In this document: piece after piece, positions 1-9,065 of the stretch | Numbering within the stretch: the first letter of the stretch is position 1 | How the letters are laid out: every line of letters begins with the position of its first letter | Origin: a virus | Lineage: Duplodnaviria > Heunggongvirae > Uroviricota > Caudoviricetes | Reading direction: 5' to 3' (one strand) | Virus record (IMG/VR): IMGVR_UViG_3300023697_000634 | Length of the DNA: 64,000 nt | Made by a program: the position numbers and the translations under genes | Notes under the pieces: generated by a model | What the model saw: only the letters and a program-made list of their open reading frames with translations | Told to the model about the DNA's origin: nothing | The model's database searches: none

Positions 1-263
1 AAACAAGTACCAGGAGAGTGGTGATATCAAAGAAAGATTGATAATCAACCACTTGACTGTGATTTATAATGTATTCGGTGCAGTTGCTGGAACGAGGTTA
101 TTGTTCTTGAAATTGAGAGAACACTTACCAATGATCAAACCATTTCTCCTACTGATGGGTACGTGCCCAGACATCGTAGAGGCAATAGGAATCGAAGGTA
201 AGAATATACATACCAGCGACATAGACATGGACCCAGTAATAGTGGAAGTATTAAGGAACATAA

Positions 264-767
264 ATGGCTAACAAACTAGTCGACTCATATTTGGTATACC
301 AACTGGTCAGCCGACTGATTAAGCCTTTTGCTCAGTGGGATGCTTTCAAGCTGGGAATCATTGACAAAGACGGAGCTGTCATTAAACACCGTCAAGAATT
401 GACACCTCAAGAACAAGAGTCTTGGGGTTATTTTGATATCCTTGTTGCGAATATCAAAAAGATGATTGGCAAGTTGCCTGGCGGAAAGACACGCCTTGCA
501 AACTTTGCTGCTGCAGTGTTCTTGATGAAGGAACATGCAAACTACGCTGAAGATCAGATTGATCAATTGGTTGAGGCTTGTGAACAATACCTAGTATCCT
601 TGCAAGAGGATATGGGAGCAGTTGCTATTAGTAATGTAGGCCAAGGTAATATTGCTGGTGTTGGTATTGGACCTCAGGGAGAACCTCCTGGCAAAATTGC
701 TATTATGAAAAAGGCAAGAATGCTGACGAGGAAAAAGATAAATGTGGGTTCTAAAATTTCTACCTGA
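264..767 (+). CDS. hypothetical protein (167 aa)
   Basis: Long ORF at the start of the lysis region, with an ATG preceded by an A/G-rich stretch. No recognisable motif. Confidence 0.4.
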   Translation: MANKLVDSYLVYQLVSRLIKPFAQWDAFKLGIIDKDGAVIKHRQELTPQEQESWGYFDILVANIKKMIGKLPGGKTRLANFAAAVFLMKEHANYAEDQIDQLVEACEQYLVSLQEDMGAVAISNVGQGNIAGVGIGPQGEPPGKIAIMKKARMLTRKKINVGSKIST

Positions 768-1155
768 TTGGGTATTCTACGGATTAACACTAGTCGGGTT
801 TGTTGGTATATTTTTCAGTAAATTCATTCCCGCTTATTACAGAACAGCCGTGCTACCAATAGCAGCGGCTTTCTTTGTTTTAGGTGTCTATATGAGCGGA
901 GCCATTTCCAACGAAGCGTGGTGGCAAGCAAAGGTTAAAGAGCTAGAGGAAAAGATTGCAGTTGCAGAGCAAGAAAGCAAGCAAGCAATTGATAAGCTAA
1001 CAACTAAATTGGAAACAAAGTCTGTAGTTATTGAACAGCGCAAAATCGAAAGCATTAAATACATTGAAGTAGAACGCGAGAAGATTGATGCTACGTGCAC
1101 AGTTCCACAAGAGTTCATATTCATAGTTAACAAAGCCGCAGATCAACCACAATGA
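742..1155 (+). CDS. membrane protein with N-terminal TM segment(s) and coiled-coil domain; i-spanin (Rz-like) candidate
   Basis: Two hydrophobic stretches (FYGLTLVGFVGIFF, LPIAAAFFVLGVYMSGAI) followed by a long charged coiled-coil segment (KVKELEEKIAVAEQESKQAIDKLTTKLETK). RBS AGGAAAAAG upstream. Sits in a lysis cluster with an endolysin and a lipoprotein. Confidence 0.4.
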   Translation: MWVLKFLPDWVFYGLTLVGFVGIFFSKFIPAYYRTAVLPIAAAFFVLGVYMSGAISNEAWWQAKVKELEEKIAVAEQESKQAIDKLTTKLETKSVVIEQRKIESIKYIEVEREKIDATCTVPQEFIFIVNKAADQPQ

Positions 1156-1460
1156 AGTCATTTCTAACATTTATAAAAGAATCAGAGCTTGCTGGGCTAA
1201 TTGCTCAACGAGATGCTCATTTGGCAAAGTTAGCAAAGATGCCAGCTGAAAAGCATATCGAGAAACTAGATAAGACTGCAAAATCCATACGTACTCATGT
1301 TATGGCCGGCGGCAATATGAATCATGCTAGAGCACATGAGTTGGTTGATAGATATGATGATCACTATGATGCTTTAAAGGATCACCATCCAGAAGCACAT
1401 CGTGCCTGGTTAAAAAGTAAAGGTGCTGTTCCACACACTGGACATGACCTATATGCATAA
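1152..1460 (+). CDS. hypothetical His-rich protein (102 aa)
   Basis: ORF overlaps the upstream stop (ATGA) and is His-rich. It lies between the two spanin candidates. Confidence 0.35.
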   Translation: MKSFLTFIKESELAGLIAQRDAHLAKLAKMPAEKHIEKLDKTAKSIRTHVMAGGNMNHARAHELVDRYDDHYDALKDHHPEAHRAWLKSKGAVPHTGHDLYA

Positions 1461-1469
1461 GAGGATTGT

Positions 1470-1730
1470 ATGAAGTACGCATTGATTATGGCTTTGTTAT
1501 TGACTGGATGCTCTACAGCAGTACCAGTGAAAAGGAATTTTCCTGGTGTTCCAGATAAATTGATGGAGAAGTGTCCTACACTACAACCCCTCAAGGAAGA
1601 AGTTAAGTTGAGCGATGTTGCACAAACAACAGTGACCAACTACACAACATATTATGAATGTTCGTTGAAAAATGATGGATGGATTGAATGGTATCAAGAA
1701 CAAAAACGTATATTTGAAAGTGTGAAATAA
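1470..1730 (+). CDS. outer-membrane lipoprotein; o-spanin (Rz1-like) candidate
   Basis: Signal peptide with lipobox LLTGC at residues 10-14 and extra Cys in the mature part. RBS GAGGA. Located immediately upstream of the endolysin. Confidence 0.45.
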   Translation: MKYALIMALLLTGCSTAVPVKRNFPGVPDKLMEKCPTLQPLKEEVKLSDVAQTTVTNYTTYYECSLKNDGWIEWYQEQKRIFESVK

Positions 1731-1797
1731 ACACTTTGTGATAGGCTGATTGGAGTTTATATGATGGTTACAAAAATAATAACTATAAGGAATCATC

Positions 1798-2421
1798 ATG
1801 GAACTGACGAAAGACCAGCTAAAGCAGCTGCTCCCTAAGAACCCGTATATCGACTACTGGCACCATGCTCTAGAGCAGTTGCTGCCAGATTATGAAATCA
1901 ACACTCCTGAACGTATCGCTGCATTTATTGCACAATGTTCGCATGAGTCTGGTGGTTTCATGGTCCTCAAAGAAAACCTCAACTACAGACCAGCTTCATT
2001 GCGCAAGTTGTTCAGCAAGTATTTCCCTACGGACGATCTTGCCGAAGCGTACTGCAAGATGCCTAACAAGCAGGAAGCAATCGCCAATAGAATCTATGCT
2101 AATCGCATGGGCAATGGTGATGAGCATTCTGGTGACGGATACCGCTACTGCGGCCGCGGTCTCATTCAATTGACTGGTAAATCAAATTACGAAGCGTTTG
2201 CTGCGTCGTTGGAAATTACGCCAGAAGAGGCATCAGAATACCTAGCAACATTTGAAGGTGCAGCACAATCTGCATGTTGGTTCTGGGAAAATAATAATTT
2301 AAATCAATGGGCCGATAAGGGTGATATTCTTACATTAACAAAGCGAATTAACGGTGGCACTATCGTATTGGAAGATCGAGTAAAACATTACGAACACGCT
2401 TTGCACGTATTAGGAGTATAA
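1798..2421 (+). CDS. endolysin, glycoside hydrolase family 19 (chitinase class I-like) lysozyme
   Basis: Carries CSHESGGF and NRIYANRMGNGDEHSGDGYRYCGRGLIQLTGKSNY, the hallmark block of GH19-fold phage endolysins. RBS AGGAATCATCATG. Confidence 0.8.
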   Translation: MELTKDQLKQLLPKNPYIDYWHHALEQLLPDYEINTPERIAAFIAQCSHESGGFMVLKENLNYRPASLRKLFSKYFPTDDLAEAYCKMPNKQEAIANRIYANRMGNGDEHSGDGYRYCGRGLIQLTGKSNYEAFAASLEITPEEASEYLATFEGAAQSACWFWENNNLNQWADKGDILTLTKRINGGTIVLEDRVKHYEHALHVLGV

Positions 2422-2422
2422 C

Positions 2423-2884
2423 ATGGCAGAAGAAGTACAAGTAGAAAAACAAGAAGATGATTGGATGACGAAGAAGTGGCGTCCAATGATGGCAATGATG
2501 TATATGATTTGCTGTCTATGTGACTTCGCAATCTTTCCTGTCATGTTCACGATTGTTCAGTTCTGGGAAGTCCAGGCTGCAAATGATGCGTTCCGTCAGT
2601 GGGTACCTATCACACTTCAAGGCGGCGGCTTGTTCCACGTCGCTATGGGTGCTGTTCTTGGTGTATCTGCATATGGCCGTACGCAAGAGAAGTTGGGTGG
2701 TGTTTCATCGAATGTACCAACCCCAACATTGACGACTGCTACTCCAGTGGTTCCAGCAGCTGCTCCAGCACCGACACCTACATACTCAGCACCAGTTGTT
2801 GCTGCAGCGCCAGCTCCTGGTCCAGTTGTAGCAGGGTTCGGAGGCAAGGCTGCACCGCCAGAGGCTCCACAACCATTGATTTAA
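2423..2884 (+). CDS. membrane protein with Pro/Ala-rich tail; holin candidate
   Basis: Two hydrophobic helices (MMAMMYMICCLCDFAIFPVMFTIVQFW and GGGLFHVAMGAVLGVSAY) then a P/A/T-rich low-complexity C-terminus. Immediately downstream of the endolysin, with RBS TAGGAG. Confidence 0.35.
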   Translation: MAEEVQVEKQEDDWMTKKWRPMMAMMYMICCLCDFAIFPVMFTIVQFWEVQAANDAFRQWVPITLQGGGLFHVAMGAVLGVSAYGRTQEKLGGVSSNVPTPTLTTATPVVPAAAPAPTPTYSAPVVAAAPAPGPVVAGFGGKAAPPEAPQPLI

Positions 2885-2899
2885 GGATTGATAAATAAT

Positions 2900-3118
2900 A
2901 TGACATACATTAAACAAACCATTCTGTCCATCGCTCTTTTGATGGGCCTAGCATCTACACCAGCCTTCGCTGAAGCTCAGCTCAAGGAAGTCTGCAAGGA
3001 TACGGTGGGCAAAGACGGCAAGCCAGTCAAGAACAAGGACGGCTCGGTCAAGCAAACCTGTAAGAAGATCAAGGTTCATAAAAAGCTTGAAGGTACAGAA
3101 GTACCCGTAAAGAAATAA
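2900..3118 (+). CDS. small secreted Lys-rich protein
   Basis: Signal peptide (ILSIALLMGLASTPAFA/EA) followed by a K-rich mature region. Start taken at the ATG 14 nt after AAGGA (the track's ATG at 2888 is too close to the RBS). Confidence 0.35.
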   Translation: MTYIKQTILSIALLMGLASTPAFAEAQLKEVCKDTVGKDGKPVKNKDGSVKQTCKKIKVHKKLEGTEVPVKK

Positions 3119-3122
3119 GAAA

Positions 3123-3488
3123 ATGTCAGACAATGTCACTCGTATACGTGATTATGGTGGGGACGTTAGACAGCGTATCGCTTCCTTGGAAACGCAAATG
3201 CTAAACGTTGCTCATAATGTTGAGAAGATTGAGGCTCGTGTAGATACTCATTATCAGACTCTACATTCGCGTATAAGTGATATGCGCGATGAGCTCCGTC
3301 AAGATATTGACGAGAAGCATGAGAAGCTAATATCTAAACTAGACGAACATGCTAAGAGTGAATCGGAAACGAACAAATCAATGTCCTCAAAAATTTCAGC
3401 AATGGAAAAATGGAGATGGATGATTATGGGCGGAGCCGTTGTTGTCGGATACATCATTGCACACATTAAGCTAGACAAATTGTTATAA
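3123..3488 (+). CDS. coiled-coil protein with C-terminal TM anchor
   Basis: Heptad-like charged sequence, then WRWMIMGGAVVVGYIIAHI at the C-terminus. A tail-anchored membrane protein is plausible, so it may be lysis-associated. Confidence 0.35.
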   Translation: MSDNVTRIRDYGGDVRQRIASLETQMLNVAHNVEKIEARVDTHYQTLHSRISDMRDELRQDIDEKHEKLISKLDEHAKSESETNKSMSSKISAMEKWRWMIMGGAVVVGYIIAHIKLDKLL

Positions 3489-3512
3489 AACTGTTGAACT
3501 AGCAACACCACC

Positions 3513-3556
3513 CCGGTATAGTCGACTTGTCGTTGGAAATATCGGGGTTTATTATT
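3513..3556 (+). terminator. Rho-independent terminator-like hairpin
   Basis: CCCCGGTAT ... ATATCGGGG stem (9 bp with one G-U pair) followed by TTTATTATTTT. Confidence 0.4.
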
Positions 3557-3558
3557 TT

Positions 3559-4578
3559 ATGGATTGGATTGATCAGAAGTATATTGGGCTTATCAGCAAT
3601 AGAGTACAACTATTCAAGCGGCAGTCGAATACTTCTTATAACATGCGGTGTCCTATTTGTGGGGACTCGAAAACAAACAAACACAAAGCACGCGGTTACA
3701 TTATCGAAAAGCCTGTAGTTGGGACAATTTATTTTTGTCATAACTGCGGTGCTTCGATGTCGCTTGCCAACTTTCTTAGTCACATCGATAGCGATCTAAC
3801 TGAGCAATATAAGCGCGATCGTTTTCTCGAAAAGAACGCGGCTGAAGAAAACCCACCAGCACCTGATATTGCAAAGGTAGTCATACCAAAGTACCTGCAA
3901 GGAAACGAGCCACTGAAGGCTTTAAAGAAGATTTCACAGCTGGCACACGACCATCCTGCAAAGCTATACGTCCAGAAGAGGAAAATCCCTTCTGCATCGC
4001 ATTTCAAGCTATTCTATGCTCCTAAATTCAATGCATGGGTAAACACAATCATACCTGAAAAGCTCAGCGAAGAGCACGATCAGCCTAGACTTGTCATCCC
4101 TTTTATTGATAAGGCAGGACAACTTTTCGGATTTCAGGGTCGTTCGTTTGCTAAGAATCCTGCGATCCGGTATATCACGATTATGATCGATCCAATGAAG
4201 CATAAGGTGTTTGGGTTAGATACGCTGGATCCATATGGAATGGTTTGGTGTGTTGAGGGTCCGATTGATTCGTTGTTTTTACCAAATTGTGTTGCGATGG
4301 CTGGAGCGGATGTTGATCTAAATACAATACTCCCTAATAAGCCAGCAAACGAATTTGTCGTTATTATGGATAACGAACCGCGCAACGAGCAGATCATCAA
4401 ACGTATTGAAAAATCTATCGAGCGTGGTTATAACGTCTGTATCTGGCCCGATGACCTTCCATACAAGGACATCAACGATATGATACTCGCAGGGCTTGAT
4501 CCTGAGGCTATCATTAGAGATAATATTAAGTCTGGCTTGTCTGCGCTTGCAGCATTAACGCAATGGAAAAGAATATGA
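3559..4578 (+). CDS. DNA primase (T4 gp61-like; N-terminal zinc ribbon plus TOPRIM)
   Basis: CPICGDSK ... CHNCG zinc ribbon. A TOPRIM-like VWCVEGPIDSLFL acidic Glu, and a VIIMDNEPRNEQ Dx(D/N) block. The 339-aa length is typical of T4-type primases. Confidence 0.6.
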   Translation: MDWIDQKYIGLISNRVQLFKRQSNTSYNMRCPICGDSKTNKHKARGYIIEKPVVGTIYFCHNCGASMSLANFLSHIDSDLTEQYKRDRFLEKNAAEENPPAPDIAKVVIPKYLQGNEPLKALKKISQLAHDHPAKLYVQKRKIPSASHFKLFYAPKFNAWVNTIIPEKLSEEHDQPRLVIPFIDKAGQLFGFQGRSFAKNPAIRYITIMIDPMKHKVFGLDTLDPYGMVWCVEGPIDSLFLPNCVAMAGADVDLNTILPNKPANEFVVIMDNEPRNEQIIKRIEKSIERGYNVCIWPDDLPYKDINDMILAGLDPEAIIRDNIKSGLSALAALTQWKRI

Positions 4579-4763
4579 GTAAAGTATTGAGTGAATTTGT
4601 ACAGAATGATCGTCGCGCAGTCGTTCTTGCAGCTGGAGAAGGATATGACGTCCAGCTTTGGGAAAGCGATAGCCTGAAGCGAACAGTAAATATCATGGGG
4701 CACACGGAGCAGTATGCTGACGATTGTGCAGAGAATTGGGTAATTGGAGTAACCAAACAATAA
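4575..4763 (+). CDS. hypothetical protein
   Basis: ATGA overlap with the primase stop. Confidence 0.3.
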   Translation: MSKVLSEFVQNDRRAVVLAAGEGYDVQLWESDSLKRTVNIMGHTEQYADDCAENWVIGVTKQ

Positions 4764-4767
4764 TAGT

Positions 4768-5457
4768 ATGAAGATTAAATTAGTGAGTCATTCAAAGCCA
4801 ACGAGAGATTTGGCATCCGAAGGTCTATATGATATGCAGGAGCTAGTAGCATTCTGTGCCAGAGTATCAAACCCTTCAAATCAGATGAACATGGCAACAT
4901 CTGAAAAACTGATCAAGTACCTGATTAACAACCAGCACTGGTCCCCGTTAGAGATGGTTAGCGCATGTATCGAGATCGAAACCACTCGCGACATTGCAAG
5001 ACAAATCCTCAGACACCGTTCATTCTCTTTCCAAGAGTTTAGCCAGCGCTACGCAGACCCGACTAAGGAATTGGAAGAAGCATTCGTTTTGAGAGAGTGC
5101 CGTCTACAGGACGAAAAGAATCGCCAGAACAGTATCCAAATTGATATCGCTGATCCAAAACAGCGAGCGCTTGCCATGGAGTGGGAAAGATCGCAGAAAC
5201 GTGTATTGACGTGGGTGAAGCAAGAGTATGCATGGGCCATTGAAAATGGAATTGCAAAAGAACAAGCAAGAGCATTACTGCCTGAAGGACTTACAATTTC
5301 ACGTCTGTACATGAACGGAACATTGCGTTCATGGATTCACTATATACAACTCCGCGCAGCAAATGGGACGCAAAGGGAACATATTGAAATCGCTAAAGCA
5401 TGTGCTGAAGTAATCGCTGAGGTCTTCCCTATGACCAAGCAGCTAGTAAAAGAATAA
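4768..5457 (+). CDS. thyX: flavin-dependent thymidylate synthase ThyX
   Basis: Exact ThyX signature RHRSFSFQEFSQR (RHRX7SXR). 229 aa. Confidence 0.85.
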   Translation: MKIKLVSHSKPTRDLASEGLYDMQELVAFCARVSNPSNQMNMATSEKLIKYLINNQHWSPLEMVSACIEIETTRDIARQILRHRSFSFQEFSQRYADPTKELEEAFVLRECRLQDEKNRQNSIQIDIADPKQRALAMEWERSQKRVLTWVKQEYAWAIENGIAKEQARALLPEGLTISRLYMNGTLRSWIHYIQLRAANGTQREHIEIAKACAEVIAEVFPMTKQLVKE

Positions 5458-5475
5458 TAATAATTGGAGTGTTTA

Positions 5476-7272
5476 ATGGAAGATGTAGTTCACAACATCA
5501 AGGTCGACAGATCGCGCGACAACCTATTTGATGTGCTAGGTATTAAGCGACTCAGAGAGTCGTACATGAGAGAAGAAGAAGAATCCCCACAAGAAAGATT
5601 TGCATATGTATCCAACGCATTCGGCTCTAATCAAGCGCATGCGCAACGCCTTTATAACTATGCTAGTAAGCATTGGTTGTCATATAGTACTCCTATTCTT
5701 AGTTATGGTCGCTCTGCCCGTGGCCTTCCTATATCATGCTTCTTACCTTATCTCCATGATTCGTCGACGGGATTGGTAGATACACTTTCAGAGGTTAACT
5801 GGTTGAGTATGCTTGGAGGTGGTGTTGGTATCGGTGTCGGTATCCGCTCTGCTGATGATAAGTCGGTAGGCGTTATGCCGCACCTTCGTACATATGATGC
5901 AAGCAGCCTTGCATACCGCCAAGGTTCGACAAGACGTGGATCGTATGCTGCGTATCTTGATATCAGCCATCCAGACATTCACATCTTCTTGGACATGCGC
6001 AAGCCAACTGGTGATCCCAACATGCGCGCATTGAACTTGCACCACGGCATTAATATTCCAGATTCGTTCATGGAAATAATCGAACGTTGCATGAAGGATC
6101 CTACTGCCAATGATGATTGGGAATTGAAGGATCCGCATGATGGAACAGTCCGTGAAGTAGTATCGGCTAAATTGTTGTGGCAACAGATCATCGATCTAAG
6201 AATGCACACAGGCGAGCCATACCTACATTTTATCGATACCAGCAATAGGCTAATGCCAGACTTCCAAAAGAAACTTGGACTGTCTATTAAACAGAGTAAT
6301 CTCTGCAGTGAAATTATTTTACCAACCGACAAGGACCGTACAGCAGTATGTTGCTTGTCATCAGTGAATTTGGAGTACTATGATGATTGGAAAGACGACG
6401 GACTTTTTCTTCGGGACATCGCTGAGATGCTTGATAACGTTTTGCAGCATTTCATTGATAATGCTCCTGACAGCATATCGCGAGCAAAATATTCTGCTAG
6501 CCGTGAGCGCAGTATTGGTATCGGTGCCCTCGGCTTTCATGCTTATCTTCAAAAGAACGACATCCCATTCGAGAGCGTCCTTGCCAAGTCAGCCAACAAT
6601 AAAATCTTCAAGCACATAAGATCTAACCTCGATGTCGCAAATAAACAACTGGGTACTGAGCGAGGCGAGGCTCCTGATGCAGCTGGCACTGGTCTTCGTT
6701 TTAGCCATCTCATGGCTATTGCTCCCAACGCTTCAAGCTCAATTATCATGGGGAATACTTCTCCTTCTATTGAGCCCTATCGTGCCAATGCTTATAGACA
6801 GGATACGTTGTCTGGTGCGCATCTGAATAAGAACAAGTACCTAGACAAGATTATCCAAGACGAAGCTGCAAAGCATAAAGAAGGATGGGCTGATGATGTG
6901 TGGTCATCCATTATCGCAAACGATGGATCAGTACAACATCTCGACTGGTTATCAGACTGGCATAAGGATGTATTCAAGACGTCGATGGAAATCGATCAAC
7001 GTTGGATCATCGAGCATGCAGCAGACCGTCAAGTAAACATCGACCAAGCGCAATCGCTTAACGTGTTCTTTAGACCAGACGCTAATATCAAATACATTCA
7101 CGCAGTACACTTCCTTGCATGGAAGCTTGGATTGCCAACGATGTACTACTGCCGCAGTGAGAAGCTAGCAAAGGCTGATAAGGTATCTAAAAAGATCGAA
7201 CGTCATGTCATCCAAGAAATCGACTTGAAGGCAGTTGCTGATGGTGATGTTTGTTTAGCATGTGAGGGTTGA
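5476..7272 (+). CDS. nrdA: ribonucleoside-diphosphate reductase class I large subunit
   Basis: SNLCSEIILPTD active-site block and TAVCCLSSVNL. C-terminal Cys pair CLAC. ATG at 5476 with GGAG 6 nt upstream (the track start at 5464 is a TTG). Confidence 0.9.
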   Translation: MEDVVHNIKVDRSRDNLFDVLGIKRLRESYMREEEESPQERFAYVSNAFGSNQAHAQRLYNYASKHWLSYSTPILSYGRSARGLPISCFLPYLHDSSTGLVDTLSEVNWLSMLGGGVGIGVGIRSADDKSVGVMPHLRTYDASSLAYRQGSTRRGSYAAYLDISHPDIHIFLDMRKPTGDPNMRALNLHHGINIPDSFMEIIERCMKDPTANDDWELKDPHDGTVREVVSAKLLWQQIIDLRMHTGEPYLHFIDTSNRLMPDFQKKLGLSIKQSNLCSEIILPTDKDRTAVCCLSSVNLEYYDDWKDDGLFLRDIAEMLDNVLQHFIDNAPDSISRAKYSASRERSIGIGALGFHAYLQKNDIPFESVLAKSANNKIFKHIRSNLDVANKQLGTERGEAPDAAGTGLRFSHLMAIAPNASSSIIMGNTSPSIEPYRANAYRQDTLSGAHLNKNKYLDKIIQDEAAKHKEGWADDVWSSIIANDGSVQHLDWLSDWHKDVFKTSMEIDQRWIIEHAADRQVNIDQAQSLNVFFRPDANIKYIHAVHFLAWKLGLPTMYYCRSEKLAKADKVSKKIERHVIQEIDLKAVADGDVCLACEG

Positions 7273-7273
7273 T

Positions 7274-7429
7274 ATGGGACTGTGGAGCGCATTTACAAAC
7301 AAGTCTGGTAAGTCGCAGAAGACTACTAAGGCCAACGGTAACAAATATATTACCGAGACTAAGAGAACTAAGAATGGTGGTTCGTCCACTACATACAAAC
7401 CAGTAAAGACAAAAACCAGGAGTAAGTGA
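7274..7429 (+). CDS. small basic Lys/Thr-rich protein (51 aa)
   Basis: Short ORF packed between nrdA and the next gene. Not in the track because it is under 60 aa. Confidence 0.25.
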   Translation: MGLWSAFTNKSGKSQKTTKANGNKYITETKRTKNGGSSTTYKPVKTKTRSK

Positions 7430-7620
7430 TGGACGCACGCGACCTCTCAGAACAAATCTTCAAGCAGTGGCAAGAAAAATATCCAAAGAACAGTGGAGAC
7501 ATCCATAAGTCTTTGCAGAAGGTTTCTGTTGCTGTGTGGACAGAGCAAGGTTATAGAGAGGTCGTTGGTAGTCGGATCAACGAATTGGGATTTATAGAAT
7601 TAGAATTGGATCAAGAATGA
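7429..7620 (+). CDS. hypothetical protein
   Basis: ATG one codon after the GTG given by the track. Confidence 0.3.
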   Translation: MDARDLSEQIFKQWQEKYPKNSGDIHKSLQKVSVAVWTEQGYREVVGSRINELGFIELELDQE

Positions 7621-7865
7621 AAGCATTAAAATTTGAAGCCTCATGGTGTGCACCATGTAAAATGTTGTCTCGCGTCATCGACGATGCAAAAGATAAAATC
7701 GCAATGGAGATCGAATGTATTGATATTGACGAGAACGCAGAGCTGGCTAAATCGTACGGAATCAGAGGCGTACCGACGATCGTTATCGTCGATGATGAAG
7801 GCAAAGAAGTGAAGCGTCAATCTGGCATGATGATGGAGTCTCAGTTAGTCGAATTCTTGTTGTGA
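7617..7865 (+). CDS. thioredoxin-like protein (NrdC/NrdH-type RNR reductant)
   Basis: WCAPCK CxxC motif. 82 aa. Located between nrdA and nrdB. Confidence 0.7.
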   Translation: MKALKFEASWCAPCKMLSRVIDDAKDKIAMEIECIDIDENAELAKSYGIRGVPTIVIVDDEGKEVKRQSGMMMESQLVEFLL

Positions 7866-7912
7866 TACTGCAATCCTAAATATCAAAAGGATTCACACAA
7901 CAACAAGGCACC

Positions 7913-9046
7913 ATGGCCACGATAACATTACCTAAGAGGGTATCAGCTTACAAGACTGCGCTGACGTCGCAGTATGGCTCGATCGCATCCAACACTGCAA
8001 ATACGGATGTGGCATTCACTACGCCTACTGTAGATAGTATCAACAACTCTACTGTGACGCAGTTGGATTTATTCGCTAATAGCATAACAGCGTTAGTTGC
8101 GAATACAACGCTGTTGCAAACACAAGTGGCAACACTGAGTACGTCTAAAGCAGATAAAGTATCCCCGACGATTGATAACGCGATACTTAACGGCAACACG
8201 TCGCTTAACGTCGTGGTCGCTAATAACTCAGTTGGTAATACTGGCCAGTACTTAGCATCTGGTGGTGGCAATACAGTGTACTGGGCAACCTTCGCGGTTG
8301 CTGGAACTCCATCACTGGATGCAGTCGCTACAGTTGGCGGAACTACCACCAAAGCGATATCGATAAGCAATACATTTGCTGCTGGTAATACTACAATTAC
8401 AGGCACAACAAACATATCGCAGCATACTAGAGTTGGTGGGATAGCAGGCAGCACGACGTCAGGAAATCAGACGTGCATTGAAGTTATGAATGGTGGCAGT
8501 ACCGGCGACTCGGATGTTGCTGCTATATCATATCATTGCAGTGGCTACTATGGTATACACCAACATCTGAGAGCAGATGGATACTTTGGTGTTGGTGGTT
8601 GGTCGGCGACGTCGTGGAGATGGTACGTCAACATGACCAACGGCGACATGACTGCTGCCGGCAACGTTACTGCATACTCTGATCCTAGACTCAAAGAAGA
8701 CATCACGCCAATTAAGTCCGCTCTTAATATTGTAAAGAGTTGGAATGGTGTTAGATATCGTTGGAAGCAGAACTCCGCTATCGGTCAGCCTGGCAAGTAC
8801 GACTATGGTATCCTGTCGCCTGATGTTGAAAAGACAGCTCCAGAACTCGTCGTCGATTCCGTATGGGAATCGGAAGATGGTGATAAGTATAAGACAGTTG
8901 CATACCAAAAGATGACTCCGTTCTTGATCGAGGCAATCAAAGAACAACAAGACATTATTGATCAACAACGTGTAATGATTGACAATCTACAAAAACAAAT
9001 AGATAATATCGTATCGCAACTTAGCGACACGCCACCTACAATATAG
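7913..9046 (+). CDS. tail fibre protein with C-terminal peptidase S74 intramolecular chaperone domain
   Basis: S/T/N-rich beta-like N-terminal region. C-terminal YSDPRLKEDITPI ... YGILSPDVEKTAPELV ... coiled coil, the canonical S74 auto-cleaving chaperone module of tail fibres and endosialidases. Confidence 0.7.
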   Translation: MATITLPKRVSAYKTALTSQYGSIASNTANTDVAFTTPTVDSINNSTVTQLDLFANSITALVANTTLLQTQVATLSTSKADKVSPTIDNAILNGNTSLNVVVANNSVGNTGQYLASGGGNTVYWATFAVAGTPSLDAVATVGGTTTKAISISNTFAAGNTTITGTTNISQHTRVGGIAGSTTSGNQTCIEVMNGGSTGDSDVAAISYHCSGYYGIHQHLRADGYFGVGGWSATSWRWYVNMTNGDMTAAGNVTAYSDPRLKEDITPIKSALNIVKSWNGVRYRWKQNSAIGQPGKYDYGILSPDVEKTAPELVVDSVWESEDGDKYKTVAYQKMTPFLIEAIKEQQDIIDQQRVMIDNLQKQIDNIVSQLSDTPPTI

Positions 9047-9065
9047 TATTAACAACGATTATAAT

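Noticed and set aside
742-1155. Calling 742-1155 a holin instead of an i-spanin
   Set aside because: The long charged coiled-coil C-terminal domain (about 80 aa) favours a spanin or periplasmic coiled-coil protein. Either assignment remains tentative.
2520-2898. Overlapping alternative-frame ORFs (2520-2732, 2599-2898 plus strand; 2617-2847 minus strand) inside the holin-candidate gene
   Set aside because: They are products of the GC-rich Pro/Ala-codon tail of 2423-2884, open in several frames by composition alone.
5464-5475. Alternative TTG start for nrdA given by the ORF track
   Set aside because: An in-frame ATG at 5476 has a GGAG RBS 6 nt upstream, so the TTG extension is unnecessary.
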